Positions 1 through 8,116 are shown, counted from the stretch's first letter. The stretch: 64,000 nt of DNA from Bacilli bacterium (GCA_017397685.1 JAFQID010000029.1:1931-65930), one strand, 5' to 3'. Translations and numbers: made by a program. Notes: generated by a model from the sequence alone, not told the origin.

Positions 1-159
1 ACAACTAGTTCAGAAACAACTACTCCACCAACTGAAATAGAAAACCCTGATACAAGTGATCCTATTGCAAGTAGTATATTTATGGGAATAATGTCAATGT
101 TCGGTTTAGCTGGAACAACAATATACTTAAAAAGAAAAAATAATTTAGAACTAAAATAA
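1..159 (+). CDS. 3' end of a surface-protein gene, truncated by the window edge, with a sortase-anchor-like C-terminus
   Basis: Frame 1 is open from base 1 to TAA at 157-159. The tail reads ...TTPPTEIENPDTSDPIASSIFMGIMSMFGLAGTTIYLKRKNNLELK: a Thr/Pro linker, a hydrophobic helix and a basic tail. Confidence 0.4.
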   Translation, partial: TTSSETTTPPTEIENPDTSDPIASSIFMGIMSMFGLAGTTIYLKRKNNLELK

Positions 160-246
160 TTTCTATAAATTAGATTAGCAAGAGTGCTAGTCTTTTTCTT
201 TTAGAACAAAATAAAAAACTTACCATTTTATAGTTTTAATGATAAG

Positions 247-1446
247 TTATTTTTCTTTTTGTTTATAGTATTCATTTACTAAAGATTTATAATTACATTG
301 TTTTAAAAAATCGTATGGAACCTTTTCATAATTTTTTTTATTGTGTTTACCAGTTTTAATATATCTTTGCCAATTTTGCATATATTCATCTACTATCTTT
401 AGACTTTTAGAAGTATTTATTGTAGGAAAAAACCAATATTGCCAAGTTAGGTCATTTTCATTTTTTCCAAAAAACTTTCTATTAAATTTTCTATTCATTG
501 CTTTTAATGTTACTTCATAGGTAGCATCTTTTTTAATCATCCATCTTCTTAAACCTTTAGCAGTTCTTCTTATCTTTCCTTTAATCTTTTTAATAGTATT
601 ATCACTTAAATCAATAACACCATTTTGATAAGAAAAACCTAAAAACTCAAATTTTTCTTTTGGACTATATAAATATTCTTTATCGGTATTTATTTCTAAA
701 TTAACACTTTTTAAATAATCGATAATGTACTGTTTATGTTTTTCTATTAATTCTTTAGTATCAGCAAATACAATAATATCATCAGCATATCTTAAATAGA
801 TAATATTATTATCAAAAAAGTATTTGTCTAAATCTTTTAAATAATAATTAGATAAAAATGCTGATATAGGAACACCTGCCATAACACCCTTTTGTTCCTT
901 AATTAGTTTATCGTTATATAGGACATATTCATTTGTTAATAGTCGCTTTAATAAATCATAAAGAGGTTTATCGTTTAGATCATCTTTTAGATTTTTTAGT
1001 AATATAGATATATCAATACTATTAAAATAGTTCTTTATATCTACTTTATAGCCATATAAATTATTTAATTTATTTTTAGTAGTTAAATCGAATATTGCTT
1101 TTTTAACACCACTATTTTGTCTAAATGAATATAAATTAGAAGAAAATAAATAGTCGTATTTATATAAAAGAAATGTTATCATTTTTAAAATGTAATTTTC
1201 TTCTGTTTTATACATATATACAACTCTTTTTTTACTTTTACCCATTTTGCCTATTAATACTTTTTTAGGCGTAGAAAATGTATAATCATTGTTAATTATT
1301 TTGTTTGCTATTTCCTTATATTGCTTTTCGTTAATAAATGTTTCATAATTAGCAAGAACTTTTTTTGGTAGATGAGAAGTTTCTTTTTTTCTTATTAGAA
1401 ATTCTTGCCATTTAGAATCATTATTTAAAAGATATATTAAACTCAT
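247..1446 (-). CDS. Stand-alone reverse transcriptase with a group-II-intron-like thumb; no endonuclease domain and no intron RNA
   Basis: RT motifs are present: KKRVVYMY, SFRQNSG, DIKNYFNSI, GVPISAFLSNYYLKDLD, YLRYADDIIVF, LEINTDK, FEFLGFSY. A maturase-like thumb follows (KIVDEYMQNWQRYIKTGKH). RBS GGTGAT lies 5 nt upstream of the ATG. Confidence 0.9.
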   Translation of the reverse strand: MSLIYLLNNDSKWQEFLIRKKETSHLPKKVLANYETFINEKQYKEIANKIINNDYTFSTPKKVLIGKMGKSKKRVVYMYKTEENYILKMITFLLYKYDYLFSSNLYSFRQNSGVKKAIFDLTTKNKLNNLYGYKVDIKNYFNSIDISILLKNLKDDLNDKPLYDLLKRLLTNEYVLYNDKLIKEQKGVMAGVPISAFLSNYYLKDLDKYFFDNNIIYLRYADDIIVFADTKELIEKHKQYIIDYLKSVNLEINTDKEYLYSPKEKFEFLGFSYQNGVIDLSDNTIKKIKGKIRRTAKGLRRWMIKKDATYEVTLKAMNRKFNRKFFGKNENDLTWQYWFFPTINTSKSLKIVDEYMQNWQRYIKTGKHNKKNYEKVPYDFLKQCNYKSLVNEYYKQKEK

Positions 1447-1464
1447 ACTTGATCACCACATTAA

Positions 1465-1600
1465 GTAAAGGAGAATCGATTTGAGAATCGACGTAGTCGA
1501 ATTCGACAAGATTAAATATATTATAGCCACTTGCACAACTTTTTAAAATAATATACTTCATCCCACTGCAAGTGTTTTTAAATAAAACATCCCCTTTACA
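1465..1600 (-). ncRNA. Structured 5' leader, a candidate RT-associated non-coding RNA
   Basis: On the minus-strand RNA, the 5' end GUAAAGGGGA (1599-1590) pairs with UCUCCUUUAC (1474-1465): 10 bp including one G-U. Inside are an 8-bp stem CACUUGCA/UGCAAGUG (1574-1567 with 1535-1528), the palindrome GUCGAAUUCGAC (1496-1507) and a tandem UCGAUUCUC x2 (1471-1491). Confidence 0.4.
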
Positions 1601-1606
1601 CCTAAT

Positions 1607-1615
1607 ATTATAACA
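1607..1615 (-). promoter_or_regulatory. Extended -10 promoter (TGTTATAAT) for the RT leader
   Basis: Minus strand reads TGT-TATAAT. The predicted start, about 7 nt downstream, falls on the 5' arm of the clamping helix. Confidence 0.4.
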
Positions 1616-1670
1616 TATTTTGGCTATTTTTTATATATAGCAAACAAATTGGATTTCTAATTAAGAGTGA

Positions 1671-1903
1671 TTAATAACACAACTTATTGAGAAGGTTATT
1701 GTAAAGTTTATTATTAAACAAAAAAATAGAATTGAATGTATCAGCAGAAACGGAGACTATCACGGTTTCTTTACTATTAAGAATGTTGATATTGTATTGT
1801 CTGCTAAAAATCCAAGAGATTTAGAAGTTCTTACGAAATTTAGACATAAAATAGAAGAACATATTGTTGATTATTTGAATTCTAAAAGTTATAAAAAAGA
1901 TTA
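1671..1903 (+). pseudogene. Start-less ORF fragment, a remnant of an unknown gene
   Basis: The frame is open from the stop at 1668-1670 to TAG at 1901-1903 (…GDYHGFFTIKNVDIVLSAKNPRDLEVLTKFRHKIEEHIVDYLNSKSYKKD). It has no plausible start codon or RBS. Confidence 0.3.
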
Positions 1904-1910
1904 GCACATA

Positions 1911-1936
1911 AAAACTACCGTGACGGTAGCTTTTTT
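1911..1936. terminator. Bidirectional intrinsic terminator
   Basis: AAAA-CTACCG-TGA-CGGTAG-C-TTTTTT. The hairpin is flanked by an A-run and a T-run and sits just 3' of the minus-strand gene that ends at 1949. Confidence 0.7.
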
Positions 1937-1948
1937 AATTATAATAGC

Positions 1949-2713
1949 CTATTCTATATTACTTCTAACTTCTAAGTTGTTAATATCGAAATCATTAAAT
2001 TGAAGAAAAAAGTAATCATATAATTCTTTTGCAAATTTATATTTGTCATTATATTCCTTGGCGTTAAAACAATTTAATACTTTTTCAATAAATTCTTGTT
2101 CCGGCAACTTCTGAACATTATATTTTTTTCTATAATTTTCATTAGTAAATATTTTTTGAATTTTATTAAGCGGAATACAAGGTATTTGTTTATTGTAAAA
2201 ATATCCTTCAATAACTCTTTGTAAAAATATGTTATAAGTAAAATCTATATCTTCTTTTTTCTTATATTTAGATTCTAACTCATCAAAACCATCCCATACA
2301 CTATAGCAATTCATTTTATATTTATATTCATTTACATCTTCTAAATTAAAATTTTTATTAGCTATATTTATTAGTTCTTGAACACTACCATCTTTATCAT
2401 ATAGTATCTTACCATTAATAAATATCATAGTTGTTGACAAGTGATAATCTTTTAATTCACTCTCAAAATATGATAATATTTTTTTCTTTGGATTTATAAA
2501 ATATTCAATAAGGAATCCATCTATATTTTTATTGCCTCTTTCTCTCCATGTAAGATTATCCTTTGTAACAATATAAATATCTATATCACTATTTTCATCA
2601 TAATTTCCAGTAGCATAACTTCCTGTTAATATAGCTCCTAAAAAGTAATCTTCATCTTTATATTGGCTTATAAATTTTTCTATGGACAACTCCCAATTTT
2701 GCACTATTATCAC
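1949..2713 (-). CDS. Nucleotidyltransferase-domain protein (Pol-beta fold, antibiotic-NTase-like)
   Basis: Carries a GS...DxD motif: GAILTGSYATGNYDENSDIDIYIV. It starts 9 nt after the serS stop, so it is probably co-transcribed. Confidence 0.55.
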   Translation of the reverse strand: MIIVQNWELSIEKFISQYKDEDYFLGAILTGSYATGNYDENSDIDIYIVTKDNLTWRERGNKNIDGFLIEYFINPKKKILSYFESELKDYHLSTTMIFINGKILYDKDGSVQELINIANKNFNLEDVNEYKYKMNCYSVWDGFDELESKYKKKEDIDFTYNIFLQRVIEGYFYNKQIPCIPLNKIQKIFTNENYRKKYNVQKLPEQEFIEKVLNCFNAKEYNDKYKFAKELYDYFFLQFNDFDINNLEVRSNIE

Positions 2714-2722
2714 CTCTTATTC

Positions 2723-4003
2723 TTAATTAATTTTTTCTAATCCACCTAAATATGGTCTTAATACTTCTGGAATAGTTATACTTCCATCAGCATTTTGATA
2801 TTGTTCTACTATCGCAGGAACTAATCTACTTGTTGCAAGTCCACTACCATTTAAAGTACAAGCATAATGTAAGTTACCATTTTCATCACGATATTTAGTG
2901 TTGTTTCTTCTTGCTTGATAATCTCTACTGTTAGAAACACTACTTACTTCCTTATAAATTTTCATACTTGGGATCCAAACTTCTATATCATAAGTTCTAC
3001 ACATACCTTGAGCACAATCGCCTGCAGCAAGTTTACTAACTTGATAATGAAGTCCTAAGCTTTTCATTAACCCTTCTGCAATATTTAGCAATTCATCAAA
3101 AGCATCTTCTGTTTTATCTTCAGTTACATATTGAACCATTTCAACTTTATTGAATTGATGTCCTCTAATTGTTCCTCTTTCTTCTTCTCTTGAGCTTCCT
3201 GCCTCAACTCTAAAACATTGTGTATAAGCAAAATATTTTTTTGGTAGTTCATTAATATCCATAATTTCATTAGCATGAACATTAACAAGTCCTGTTTCGG
3301 CAGTAGGTAATAAGAATTTAGAATTTTTTTCATCTTTTGCTTCATCTTGAATCATATATACTTCATCATTAAACTTTGGAAACTGGCCTGCACCAAAACC
3401 ACATTCGTATTTTAACATATATGGAAGCATCATAAATTGAAAACCATTTTTTATATGAGTATCAATAAAGTAATTTATTAAAGCCCACTCCAATCTTGCA
3501 CCAATCCCTGTATATATCCAAGATTTTTCTCCTGCAATTTTAACTCCTCTATCATAATCTACCATATTTAAATCTTTTAATATTTCATAATGTGGTTTTA
3601 TATCAAAATTAAATTTGGGCTTTTCTAAATTAGTTCTTAAAACTTCGTTATTTTCTTTTCCCCCAGCTTTAACATCTTCATCTGGTGTATTAGGTAACCC
3701 TGCTAAGTAGTCAAATATTTTAGTATCTAACTCATTATACTTAACCATTCCCTCATCTATCTTATTGCCTAATTCCTTCATTTGATTAACTATTTTTGCT
3801 GTATCTTTACCTTCTTTTTTCAGTGTAGGAATAGTATCACTTACTTTTCTTCTTTCTGCACGATACTCATCCATTAATGTACCTATTTTTCTTTTTTCTT
3901 TATCCCATTCTAAAACTTCATCTAAATTAACATTATCCATTCTTTTTAATAATGCTTTTTCAACTTCTTCTTTATTGTTTCTTATTCTATTTATATCTAT
4001 CAT
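2723..4003 (-). CDS. serS: Seryl-tRNA synthetase
   Basis: 426 aa with an N-terminal coiled-coil arm and class II motifs (FRVEAGSSREEERGTIRGHQFNKVE, GSGLATSRL). A Ser T-box lies upstream. Confidence 0.95.
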   Translation of the reverse strand: MIDINRIRNNKEEVEKALLKRMDNVNLDEVLEWDKEKRKIGTLMDEYRAERRKVSDTIPTLKKEGKDTAKIVNQMKELGNKIDEGMVKYNELDTKIFDYLAGLPNTPDEDVKAGGKENNEVLRTNLEKPKFNFDIKPHYEILKDLNMVDYDRGVKIAGEKSWIYTGIGARLEWALINYFIDTHIKNGFQFMMLPYMLKYECGFGAGQFPKFNDEVYMIQDEAKDEKNSKFLLPTAETGLVNVHANEIMDINELPKKYFAYTQCFRVEAGSSREEERGTIRGHQFNKVEMVQYVTEDKTEDAFDELLNIAEGLMKSLGLHYQVSKLAAGDCAQGMCRTYDIEVWIPSMKIYKEVSSVSNSRDYQARRNNTKYRDENGNLHYACTLNGSGLATSRLVPAIVEQYQNADGSITIPEVLRPYLGGLEKIN

Positions 4004-4019
4004 TTTAATCTATCCTTTC

Positions 4020-4312
4020 TATTTTGTTTAAATCTTTAAAAACACAAAATTTCTAGGATCGTGTAATCATCCACCTATAATTTTTTTTCATTTTCTCATC
4101 CCCTTAAAAATAAAAAGAGAATGGTATATAGGAGTACATAATGCACGGTACCATCCTCTTGTTTTACTTAATTCAAATAACGGCTATTAACCGGAAATAG
4201 TTTGCTATTTCACTCAAAGGTAGAAACTTCTAATTAATCATGTTATCTTACACCAACCGATAACTCTCTATAATGATTTACATAAAAGTCATGTCCTCAT
4301 CAAAGATTTATA
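4020..4312 (-). promoter_or_regulatory. T-box leader with a Ser (UCU) specifier
   Basis: The minus strand carries the Stem I sequence AGAGAGUUAUCGGUUGGUG and a UCU-ACCU specifier context. The T-box core GGAUGGUACCGUG is at 4144-4156, followed by a terminator 3' arm UACCAUUCUCU plus a U-run. Confidence 0.8.
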
Positions 4313-4318
4313 TATTAA

Positions 4319-4347
4319 ATAATAGCACAAAACCTTAAAATAGTCAA
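4319..4347 (-). promoter_or_regulatory. Promoter of the serS leader
   Basis: Minus strand TTGACT (4347-4342), 17 nt spacer, TATTAT (4324-4319). Confidence 0.6.
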
Positions 4348-4451
4348 ATTTGCTCATTCATACTATGATACCTCGTTCAATCTATTATTAGTATATTGAA
4401 TTTAGACAAAAATGGTTCTAATCGCTATTTTGGGCTATTTTTTGACAAAAA

Positions 4452-4537
4452 GAAAAACTCGCGTTTTCCCTTATATTATCTGGGTTTGCGAGTTATTTCC
4501 CACAACATTGTTTATATTTTTTACCACTGCCACATGG
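4452..4537 (-). repeat. secA-tail copy A1 (45-mer at 4493-4537) with its terminator
   Basis: Minus strand CCATGTGGCAGTGGTAAAAAATATAAACAATGTTGTGGGAAATAA encodes PCGSGKKYKQCCGK*. A CTCGC...GCGAG hairpin plus T-run follows. There is no start codon upstream in frame. Confidence 0.9.
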
Positions 4538-4691
4538 TTCTTTATATTGGAGCTTTTGGTGGCACTTTCCGGCTTTTGACGGCACTTTATGGCTTCCGAG
4601 AGCACTCTACAGCACTCGGGAGCACTAGCTGAGGGTATCTAAAAAGGTATTTAATTTTCAAAAATTAGCCTTTTTCGAATATTTTTTGTAT
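4538..4691 (-). repeat. T1 element body, copy a
   Basis: Homologous to 8206-8368, 17127-17290 and 20667-20832. It contains the hairpin region GGCTTCCGAG...CTCGGGAG, tandem GGTATCTAAAAA/GGTATTTAATTT (4634-4657) and the tail AAAAATTAGCCTTTTTCGAATATTTTTTGTAT. Confidence 0.85.
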
Positions 4692-4701
4692 TCTTATTTT
4701 T

Positions 4702-6237
4702 TTACCTTTTTCTTATTTCATCTTTAATAAATTTGACGAATTCGTCAATTGATATTGAATAAGTTTCTTCACTGCCATATTTACGATAACTAATTAAATT
4801 ATTATCTCTTTCGTTATTACCTAAAATTAATGTGATAGGATTTTTCATTATATTACTTTGTCTTATCTTTTTCCCCATATTTTCTTTTGAGTTATCATAT
4901 TCTACTCTTATATCTTCACTTAATAATAAATCATAAATTTTCTTACAATACTCATCATGGTATTTAACATTAACTGGAATAATATTTACTTGTACTGGAG
5001 ATAACCATATTGGTAATACTCCTTTAAATTGTTCAAGTAATAGCATTATAAACCTTTCATAAGAACCAAGTACTGCTCTATGAACCATAACTGGAACTTG
5101 CTTTTCTCCGTTTTCATCTATGTAAGATAGTCCAAATCTTTTAGGCATCGCGAAGTCTAACTGCACTGTTGGTATTTGTATTTTTCTTCCTAATTCATCT
5201 TTAAACATAAAGTCAATCTTAGGTCCATAAAGTGCAGCTTCACCTTCGCATCTTTTTGCATTTAGTCCCAATTCTTCACAAATTTCTGCAAGCATATTTT
5301 CACAGATATCCCAATCTTCTTGACTACCAATATATTTTTCAGGATGTTCATAATCTCTTACTGATAATGATACCCAGAACACATCATATAATCCCATATT
5401 AGAATAGAAATCTTTTATTAAATTACATATATTCATTACTTCTTGTTTTACTTGTTCACGAGTACAGAATGAATGACCATCTTCAACAGTAATTGCATAT
5501 ACTCTTGACAATCCTCCTACTGCTCCCTGTAATTCTGCTCTATATTGTTTATCTGATTCCATGTATCTAATTGGCAAATCTCTATAACTACGAAGTTTAG
5601 ATGCATATATTTGAGTATGATGTGGGCATTGTACTGGTTTTAAAACATATTTATGTCCTTTAGGTGATTCTACTCTAAATAGTTCATCATTAAATTTCAT
5701 AGCATGACCTGAAGTTTCAAATAATGAAATGTCTGCTAAAGATGGACAACTTACTTTTTGAAAACCATATCTTCTACACACTCTTTCTATTTCTTTTTGT
5801 AATTCATCTTTTACAATAGTTCCTCTTGGAGTATATAAAGGCAATCCTGCACCTACATAATCAGAAAAACAAAATAAATCTAAATCTTTTCCAATCTTTC
5901 TGTGATCTCTTTCCTTTAATTCTTCTAGGAACTCTAAAAATTTATCAAGTTCTTCTTTGCTTTCAAATGCTCTTCCTGAAATTCTATCTATCATTTCATT
6001 ATTAGCATCACCATTATAATAAACTCCACTTATTCTAAGTATTTTAACAAAACAATTATTATCTAATTTATTAATTTCTTTTTCTAACGATTCAAAATCA
6101 TTTTCACTTATTTTTTCATCGATTTTAAATTCATAATAAAATTCTTCTTCATTAAATACTTTATTATCTAATTTAACATTTTTATATTTATCTTTTATTA
6201 TTTGTTCTAATAATACAACTGCTTTTTCATTTATCAT
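4702..6237 (-). CDS. thrS: Threonyl-tRNA synthetase, N-terminally short form (no TGS domain and most of the editing domain missing)
   Basis: Class II catalytic and anticodon-binding domains are present (RDHRKIGKDLDLF, HRAVLGSYERF). ATG at 6237 has RBS GAAGG; an in-frame GTG at 6291 is the alternative start. A Thr T-box lies upstream. Confidence 0.9.
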   Translation of the reverse strand: MINEKAVVLLEQIIKDKYKNVKLDNKVFNEEEFYYEFKIDEKISENDFESLEKEINKLDNNCFVKILRISGVYYNGDANNEMIDRISGRAFESKEELDKFLEFLEELKERDHRKIGKDLDLFCFSDYVGAGLPLYTPRGTIVKDELQKEIERVCRRYGFQKVSCPSLADISLFETSGHAMKFNDELFRVESPKGHKYVLKPVQCPHHTQIYASKLRSYRDLPIRYMESDKQYRAELQGAVGGLSRVYAITVEDGHSFCTREQVKQEVMNICNLIKDFYSNMGLYDVFWVSLSVRDYEHPEKYIGSQEDWDICENMLAEICEELGLNAKRCEGEAALYGPKIDFMFKDELGRKIQIPTVQLDFAMPKRFGLSYIDENGEKQVPVMVHRAVLGSYERFIMLLLEQFKGVLPIWLSPVQVNIIPVNVKYHDEYCKKIYDLLLSEDIRVEYDNSKENMGKKIRQSNIMKNPITLILGNNERDNNLISYRKYGSEETYSISIDEFVKFIKDEIRKR

Positions 6238-6291
6238 TTTCTTACCTTCTTTCTTATTATTTACTTTTTGATTGGGAGTATTTCGTATCAC

Positions 6292-6530
6292 TTTCCGTTT
6301 CCGTCATTAAAATCTCCTCCTTTAAAACAAAAAGAATAATACCGTTATAGGAGTCTATAAGACGGTACCATCCTTATTTTTACTTAATTTATATAACCGA
6401 TACCCTCGGGCAATCTCTTTCGAGTGCAACATAATAGGTAGTAATTATCAAGTTTATTATTATCTTCCACCAAACGATAACTCTCTATAAAATAAATTAT
6501 TAATAATCGTATCCTATATCTTAGTTTTTC
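6292..6530 (-). promoter_or_regulatory. T-box leader with a Thr (ACU) specifier
   Basis: Stem I AGAGAGUUAUCGUUUGGUG and an ACU-ACCU specifier context are present. The T-box core GGAUGGUACCGUC is at 6361-6373, with a terminator plus U-run. An extended -10 TGATATAAT lies at about 6538-6546. Confidence 0.8.
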
Positions 6531-6572
6531 TAATATTATTATATCATATTTTTTACTTTTAATTAATTAAAT

Positions 6573-6602
6573 TAAAAAGCCTATTACATTGATTGTAATA
6601 GA
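6573..6602 (-). terminator. Intrinsic terminator after the small peptide gene
   Basis: CTATTACA (6581-6588) pairs with TGTAATAG (6594-6601). A T-run follows on the minus strand. Confidence 0.6.
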
Positions 6603-6637
6603 CTCTTAATCCAAATATTATTCGTATAATATATTTA

Positions 6638-6721
6638 TTAAAGAATGCTAAAACAACCAATATTAACTATTGATTTAGTTGTTGTCGTAGTAGTTGTAGT
6701 TGCTAATTGATTGTTTAACAT
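6638..6721 (-). CDS. 27-aa peptide MLNNQLATTTTTTTTKSIVNIGCFSIL (AgrD-like C-terminus)
   Basis: RBS GGGAGAG lies 6 nt upstream of the ATG. TTGACA (6780-6775) is upstream and a terminator is downstream. The peptide ends in GCFSIL; the agrD at 27255 has GCFHLA. Confidence 0.45.
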   Translation of the reverse strand: MLNNQLATTTTTTTTKSIVNIGCFSIL

Positions 6722-6818
6722 ATTAATCTCTCCCTTTCAAAAAGTGATTATAGAATAACACAAAATAGCATTTTTGTCAAAATTAACATTCTAAATTTAT
6801 AAAAAACTATAAAAAACG

Positions 6819-6840
6819 GGTATCTAAAAGGTATCTAAAG
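6819..6840 (-). repeat. Iteron pair, GGTATC family
   Basis: GGTATCTAAAA GGTATCTAAAG, an 11-bp period, just 3' (minus sense) of secA-tail copy A2. Confidence 0.85.
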
Positions 6841-6881
6841 TGCATTTTTAGGGGTTAAAATACAAAAAAATTGTAGCAAAG

Positions 6882-6967
6882 AAAAATCTCGAAAACCCTT
6901 ATATTTCCTGGGCTTGCGAGGTTTATTTGCCGCAACATTGTTTATATTTTTTTCCACTGACACATGG
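6882..6967 (-). repeat. secA-tail copy A2 (45-mer at 6923-6967) with its terminator
   Basis: Encodes PCVSGKKYKQCCGK* with one Gly to Val change. A CTCG..CCC/GGG..CGAG hairpin and T-run follow. Confidence 0.85.
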
Positions 6968-7070
6968 TGTAAAATCTGCAATTTTTTTACAGTTTTTACA
7001 ATTTTTTTATTTAAATTACAAATAATTTATAAATTCTACAACTTATTTTTACTCTAAAATCTTCGCAGAA

Positions 7071-7106
7071 CGTATGTAAAAACGTATGTAAAAACTTATG
7101 TAAAAA
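7071..7106 (-). repeat. Iteron triplet, GTATGT family
   Basis: CGTATGTAAAAA CGTATGTAAAAA CTTATGTAAAAA, a 12-bp period. Confidence 0.9.
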
Positions 7107-7131
7107 TGAAATTATTAAAGGTTCAAATGAG

Positions 7132-7698
7132 CTATTTTTTTATATTAAAATCTCTTTTTGCACTTTTGAAGTTTTCAGCATGAAGTTTTGTAATATTCTT
7201 TATACATTCTTTTAGTTTTATTCCTTCTGGTGTAAGTTCAACACTATCATTATCTAAATCTAAAATTTTAGTTATTTTTAATCCTTGAGCACTCATGTGA
7301 AAAAGATCACCAAAATTCGAAAAATAACTTCCTAAACTACCATTTTGTAAAAATCTTTGTAATCCATCAAGTGTTGATTTATAATCATTGATTTTTTTAT
7401 CTAAGATCATTTTGCATCTAAGATCTTGAATATTATTCTCATCTAAATCAAATAAATTGTTTTCTCTGATAAACTCTAATTCAACTAAACTTAAATCAAA
7501 CAAACTTGTACTAAAACTTAAATCATACATTTCATAAAAATTAAATTCTTTATTTGGGATTGGCTCCATATCCATTTCTCTGCTAAGCGCACATACTTCA
7601 TCCCATTCTTTTTTTAATGATTCATATGTAAGAAACATCCTATTATTTACAACATCTTGAATCTTGTTTTTATCAATCACTGTATTTCTTATAAACAT
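7132..7698 (-). CDS. Hypothetical protein, 188 aa
   Basis: Long ORF with RBS GTGAGGA. I recognise no domain. Confidence 0.6.
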   Translation of the reverse strand: MFIRNTVIDKNKIQDVVNNRMFLTYESLKKEWDEVCALSREMDMEPIPNKEFNFYEMYDLSFSTSLFDLSLVELEFIRENNLFDLDENNIQDLRCKMILDKKINDYKSTLDGLQRFLQNGSLGSYFSNFGDLFHMSAQGLKITKILDLDNDSVELTPEGIKLKECIKNITKLHAENFKSAKRDFNIKK

Positions 7699-7721
7699 AA
7701 TTAATCCTCACTTAGTATTTT

Positions 7722-7985
7722 TTATCTATGCATACTATTAGATTCTTCTATTTCTTCACCTGCTAAAGTTTTTACTAAATTTAAATAATAAGCATAGTCT
7801 TCTGGTGTTAAAGTAGCAACATCTACTACCTTGTATCCATTTGCTTGTGCATAAGCTTGAACATTTTTATACTCATTTTGATATTTTTTTACTCTTTCAT
7901 CATTTGCTGCAAGAGTCTTTTGTTCAACAAATATTATTTTCTGATCATCATCTTGACCCCAATAAGAATAACAACTCATTTCCAT
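7722..7985 (-). CDS. Hypothetical protein, about 87 aa
   Basis: The track ORF starts at 8030, but a TATGATATAAT promoter lies inside that extension. RBS TTGGAG precedes the ATG at 7985 (MEMSCYSYWGQ...). Confidence 0.55.
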   Translation of the reverse strand: MEMSCYSYWGQDDDQKIIFVEQKTLAANDERVKKYQNEYKNVQAYAQANGYKVVDVATLTPEDYAYYLNLVKTLAGEEIEESNSMHR

Positions 7986-8066
7986 TATAATCACTCCAAT
8001 CATTTTTATTATATCATAAATATTCCTCATTTTTTCACTATTTACCTAAAATTACCCAAGAAAAAA

Positions 8067-8088
8067 CGTATGTAAAACGTATGTAGAA
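8067..8088 (-). repeat. Iteron pair, GTATGT family
   Basis: CGTATGTAAAA CGTATGTAGAA. The surrounding roughly 95 bp (8067-8160) is homologous to 19401-19500. Confidence 0.9.
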
Positions 8089-8116
8089 GCACTTTTTAAG
8101 TAAAAAATACAACTTT

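Noticed and set aside
176-203. A hairpin plus T-run after the truncated surface-protein gene as a terminator feature
   Set aside because: The stem is only 5 bp (TAGCA/TGCTA). It is plausible but too weak to list as a feature.
247-1446. The RT as a group II intron maturase
   Set aside because: Neither flank has an intron 5' GUGYG or a domain V/VI sequence. The 3' flank (160-246) is a plain AT-rich spacer.
1465-1600. A DRT2-style leader encoding a stop-free concatemer (neo-like) ORF
   Set aside because: I read the roughly 115 nt between the clamp arms in all frames on both strands. Every frame has stop codons (for example TAA, TGA), so a rolling-circle endless ORF is not supported.
247-1700. 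The RT as a classical retron or a diversity-generating retroelement
   Set aside because: The protein has FLGF after motif 6 rather than the retron VTG motif, and it has a group-II-like thumb. It lacks the DGR-type SQ motif, and I see no template/variable repeat pair nearby.
4396-4632. Plus-strand track ORFs running through the repeat elements (4396-4632, 8145-8345, 10837-11031, 11037-11315, 14861-15094)
   Set aside because: They are antisense read-throughs of the secA-tail/T1 repeats and terminators. They have no RBS, their predicted products are low-complexity Phe/Leu/Tyr-rich sequence, and the conserved reading frame of the repeats is on the minus strand.
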